Notes under the pieces: model-generated
The model's input: the letters and a program-made list of their open reading frames with translations, nothing else
Told to the model about the DNA's origin: nothing
Databases searched by the model: none
Part shown: one piece after another, positions 17,160 to 18,404 of the stretch
Layout: every line of letters starts with the position of its first letter
How positions within the stretch are numbered: position 1 is the first letter of the stretch
Translations under genes and position numbers: made by a program
NCBI GenBank assembly: GCA_048882325.1
Contig: JBHLRS010000053.1
Span: 1-18,404 of the forward strand
Origin: Candidatus Thorarchaeota archaeon
Lineage (GTDB): Archaea > Asgardarchaeota > Thorarchaeia > Thorarchaeales > Thorarchaeaceae
Reading direction: 5' to 3'
DNA length: 18,404 nucleotides

Positions 17160-17216
17160 AGGGGGCGCGCACAGATGCTCTGTGAAGATACAAAGCATCT
17201 CGAGGAAACATGCATT

Positions 17217-17855
17217 ATGCCCGCTCTTAGGAAACGTACCTACAACAAGCAGCAGAAAGTGAAAGCAATTCAGGATACTACAATCGACCTGTTAACAAAG
17301 CGAGGTTATCCAAACCTCACTACAAAGGAGATTGCAGAGAAAGCAGGGATTGCCATAGGTCTTCTCTATAAGTACTTCCCAGCAGGTAAGGTTGAGATAA
17401 TTAAGAGCATTGCTGAAGGAGTGGCTGAAGAGGCTATAGACACTGGGATGCTAAAGAGGGGTCACTTTGACATACCAGAGGATATTGACATCCGTGATTT
17501 TATGCAAGATTCGATACTAAGGGCTGTTAAGTATCATAGACGAGATAAGGCCATGATCATTGCCATAGAAATGGCATATCTATCAGAACCAAAGGTGTTT
17601 GGTTATCATGCACTGGATAAATATGCAAACTACAACAATCTTGCATCACGCATGTTTATCACATTCGCAGCTGAACGGCTAGGTAAGAAGATTGACGAGA
17701 ATTACTCAAAATTAGTGATTGACATTGTTGACGCCGCGATCCATCGTCATGTGCTTCTTATTCCAAGTGCCCCCACCGATGAAGAATTCGCCAACGCTTT
17801 AGCCGACTTGATTCTCAATCTCTTGTCCGTCTACAAAGGAGCAAATCAGAAATAG
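17217..17855 (+). CDS. TetR/AcrR family transcriptional regulator
   Basis: Start reassigned to ATG 17217 (GAGGA RBS). HTH: RGYPNLTTKEIAEKAGIAIGLLYKYFPAGKVEI. Confidence 0.93.
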   Translation: MPALRKRTYNKQQKVKAIQDTTIDLLTKRGYPNLTTKEIAEKAGIAIGLLYKYFPAGKVEIIKSIAEGVAEEAIDTGMLKRGHFDIPEDIDIRDFMQDSILRAVKYHRRDKAMIIAIEMAYLSEPKVFGYHALDKYANYNNLASRMFITFAAERLGKKIDENYSKLVIDIVDAAIHRHVLLIPSAPTDEEFANALADLILNLLSVYKGANQK

Positions 17856-17945
17856 AATAGATTGGCGGAGGTTGGAGATCCTACCCACTACTCACTGAAT
17901 ACTGGAACTGCCAGATAGTGATGTAATTGTGTGTTTTGCTAGAGT

Positions 17946-18404
17946 TCACACACGCTCAAGCTCAGCCAATGCTGACTTCAGGTCCTCTTCGTCAAGCTCG
18001 CTTTCCTTCGGAGATAGTGGCTCAACAGCCAAGAACTTGTCAAGCTCATCAGCTAACTGTACACCTTGCTTCTTCATAACAAGTCGAATCAGGCCAATGT
18101 TTACCTCTGCCTCAGAAACAACACAGAGTACTCCCTTACCGCAGGCTGAGGCGAAGATTTTGCCTTCCGAGAACTCAGAAGTGACTATCTCAAGCTCCCC
18201 AATCTGCAGGTTTTTGCCCTGCTCCTCACTCGCACAGAAGACCGCACTGGCAATTGCCCCAATACTGTCCACGTCCACAGGATAGTAGCTCAGCTTACTA
18301 ACATTAGCTATGGTCAAGCCAGTCTTGTCAACGAGTATCACTTTTTTGATACCCTTATCCTGCCTAATGATTTCGGTGAGGATTTTATCGAAGGCTTTTG
18401 GATC
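17946..18404 (-). CDS. Roadblock/LC7 MglB-like protein with an acidic C-terminal helix (5' end beyond the window)
   Basis: The frame stays open from 18341 to the window edge (DPKAFDKILTEIIRQDKGIKKVILVDKTGLTIA). It contains SIGAIASAVF.ASE.QG, VNIGLIRLVMKK and the tail ELDEEDLKSALAELERV. Confidence 0.92.
   Translation of the reverse strand, partial: DPKAFDKILTEIIRQDKGIKKVILVDKTGLTIANVSKLSYYPVDVDSIGAIASAVFCASEEQGKNLQIGELEIVTSEFSEGKIFASACGKGVLCVVSEAEVNIGLIRLVMKKQGVQLADELDKFLAVEPLSPKESELDEEDLKSALAELERV

Noticed and set aside
17019-17215. Long overlapping N-termini of the TetR and methyltransferase ORFs
   Set aside because: ORF-caller extensions. RBS-supported starts at 17089 and 17217 leave an intergenic region holding the operator.
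16116-17870. TTCCGCCCAAT and ATTGGCGGAG as terminal inverted repeats around the methyltransferase-TetR cassette
   Set aside because: The match is short and imperfect, with no transposase and no target-site duplication.

Overview
An 18.4 kb archaeal core-genome window. Gene content (rpl35Ae, deoxyhypusine synthase, two roadblock proteins, an MglA-like GTPase, an SBBP/Ca-repeat surface protein) and style suggest an Asgard archaeon, probably Thorarchaeia; this is an inference. About 20 genes are present: a partial Old Yellow Enzyme, a lectin-like surface protein, adenosine deaminase, a VOC protein, a large SBBP surface protein, dhs, rpl35Ae, a LipS1-like radical SAM enzyme, a stand-alone acyl-CoA ligase beta subunit, uppS, an MglA-roadblock pair, a core MetE-like protein, a divergent methyltransferase/TetR pair and a partial MglB-like roadblock. 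The best signals missed by the ORF track are: (1) a complete double-guide box C/D sRNA at 8996-9067, with guides complementary to LSU rRNA H69-H71 and a predicted target at A1913 (E. coli numbering), a site 2'-O-methylated in eukaryotes; (2) a ~160 nt three-hairpin intergenic RNA candidate upstream of dhs, bounded by a TATA box and a U-tract; (3) a 398 aa hypothetical protein that appears to consist of four tandem AAA+-lid/histone-fold-like units with no ATPase domain; (4) a split MglA plus two-roadblock system in which only the distal roadblock has the MglB-type acidic C-terminal helix; (5) a tandem palindromic TetR operator overlapping a TATA box. No CRISPR array, tRNA, rRNA or transposase was seen.
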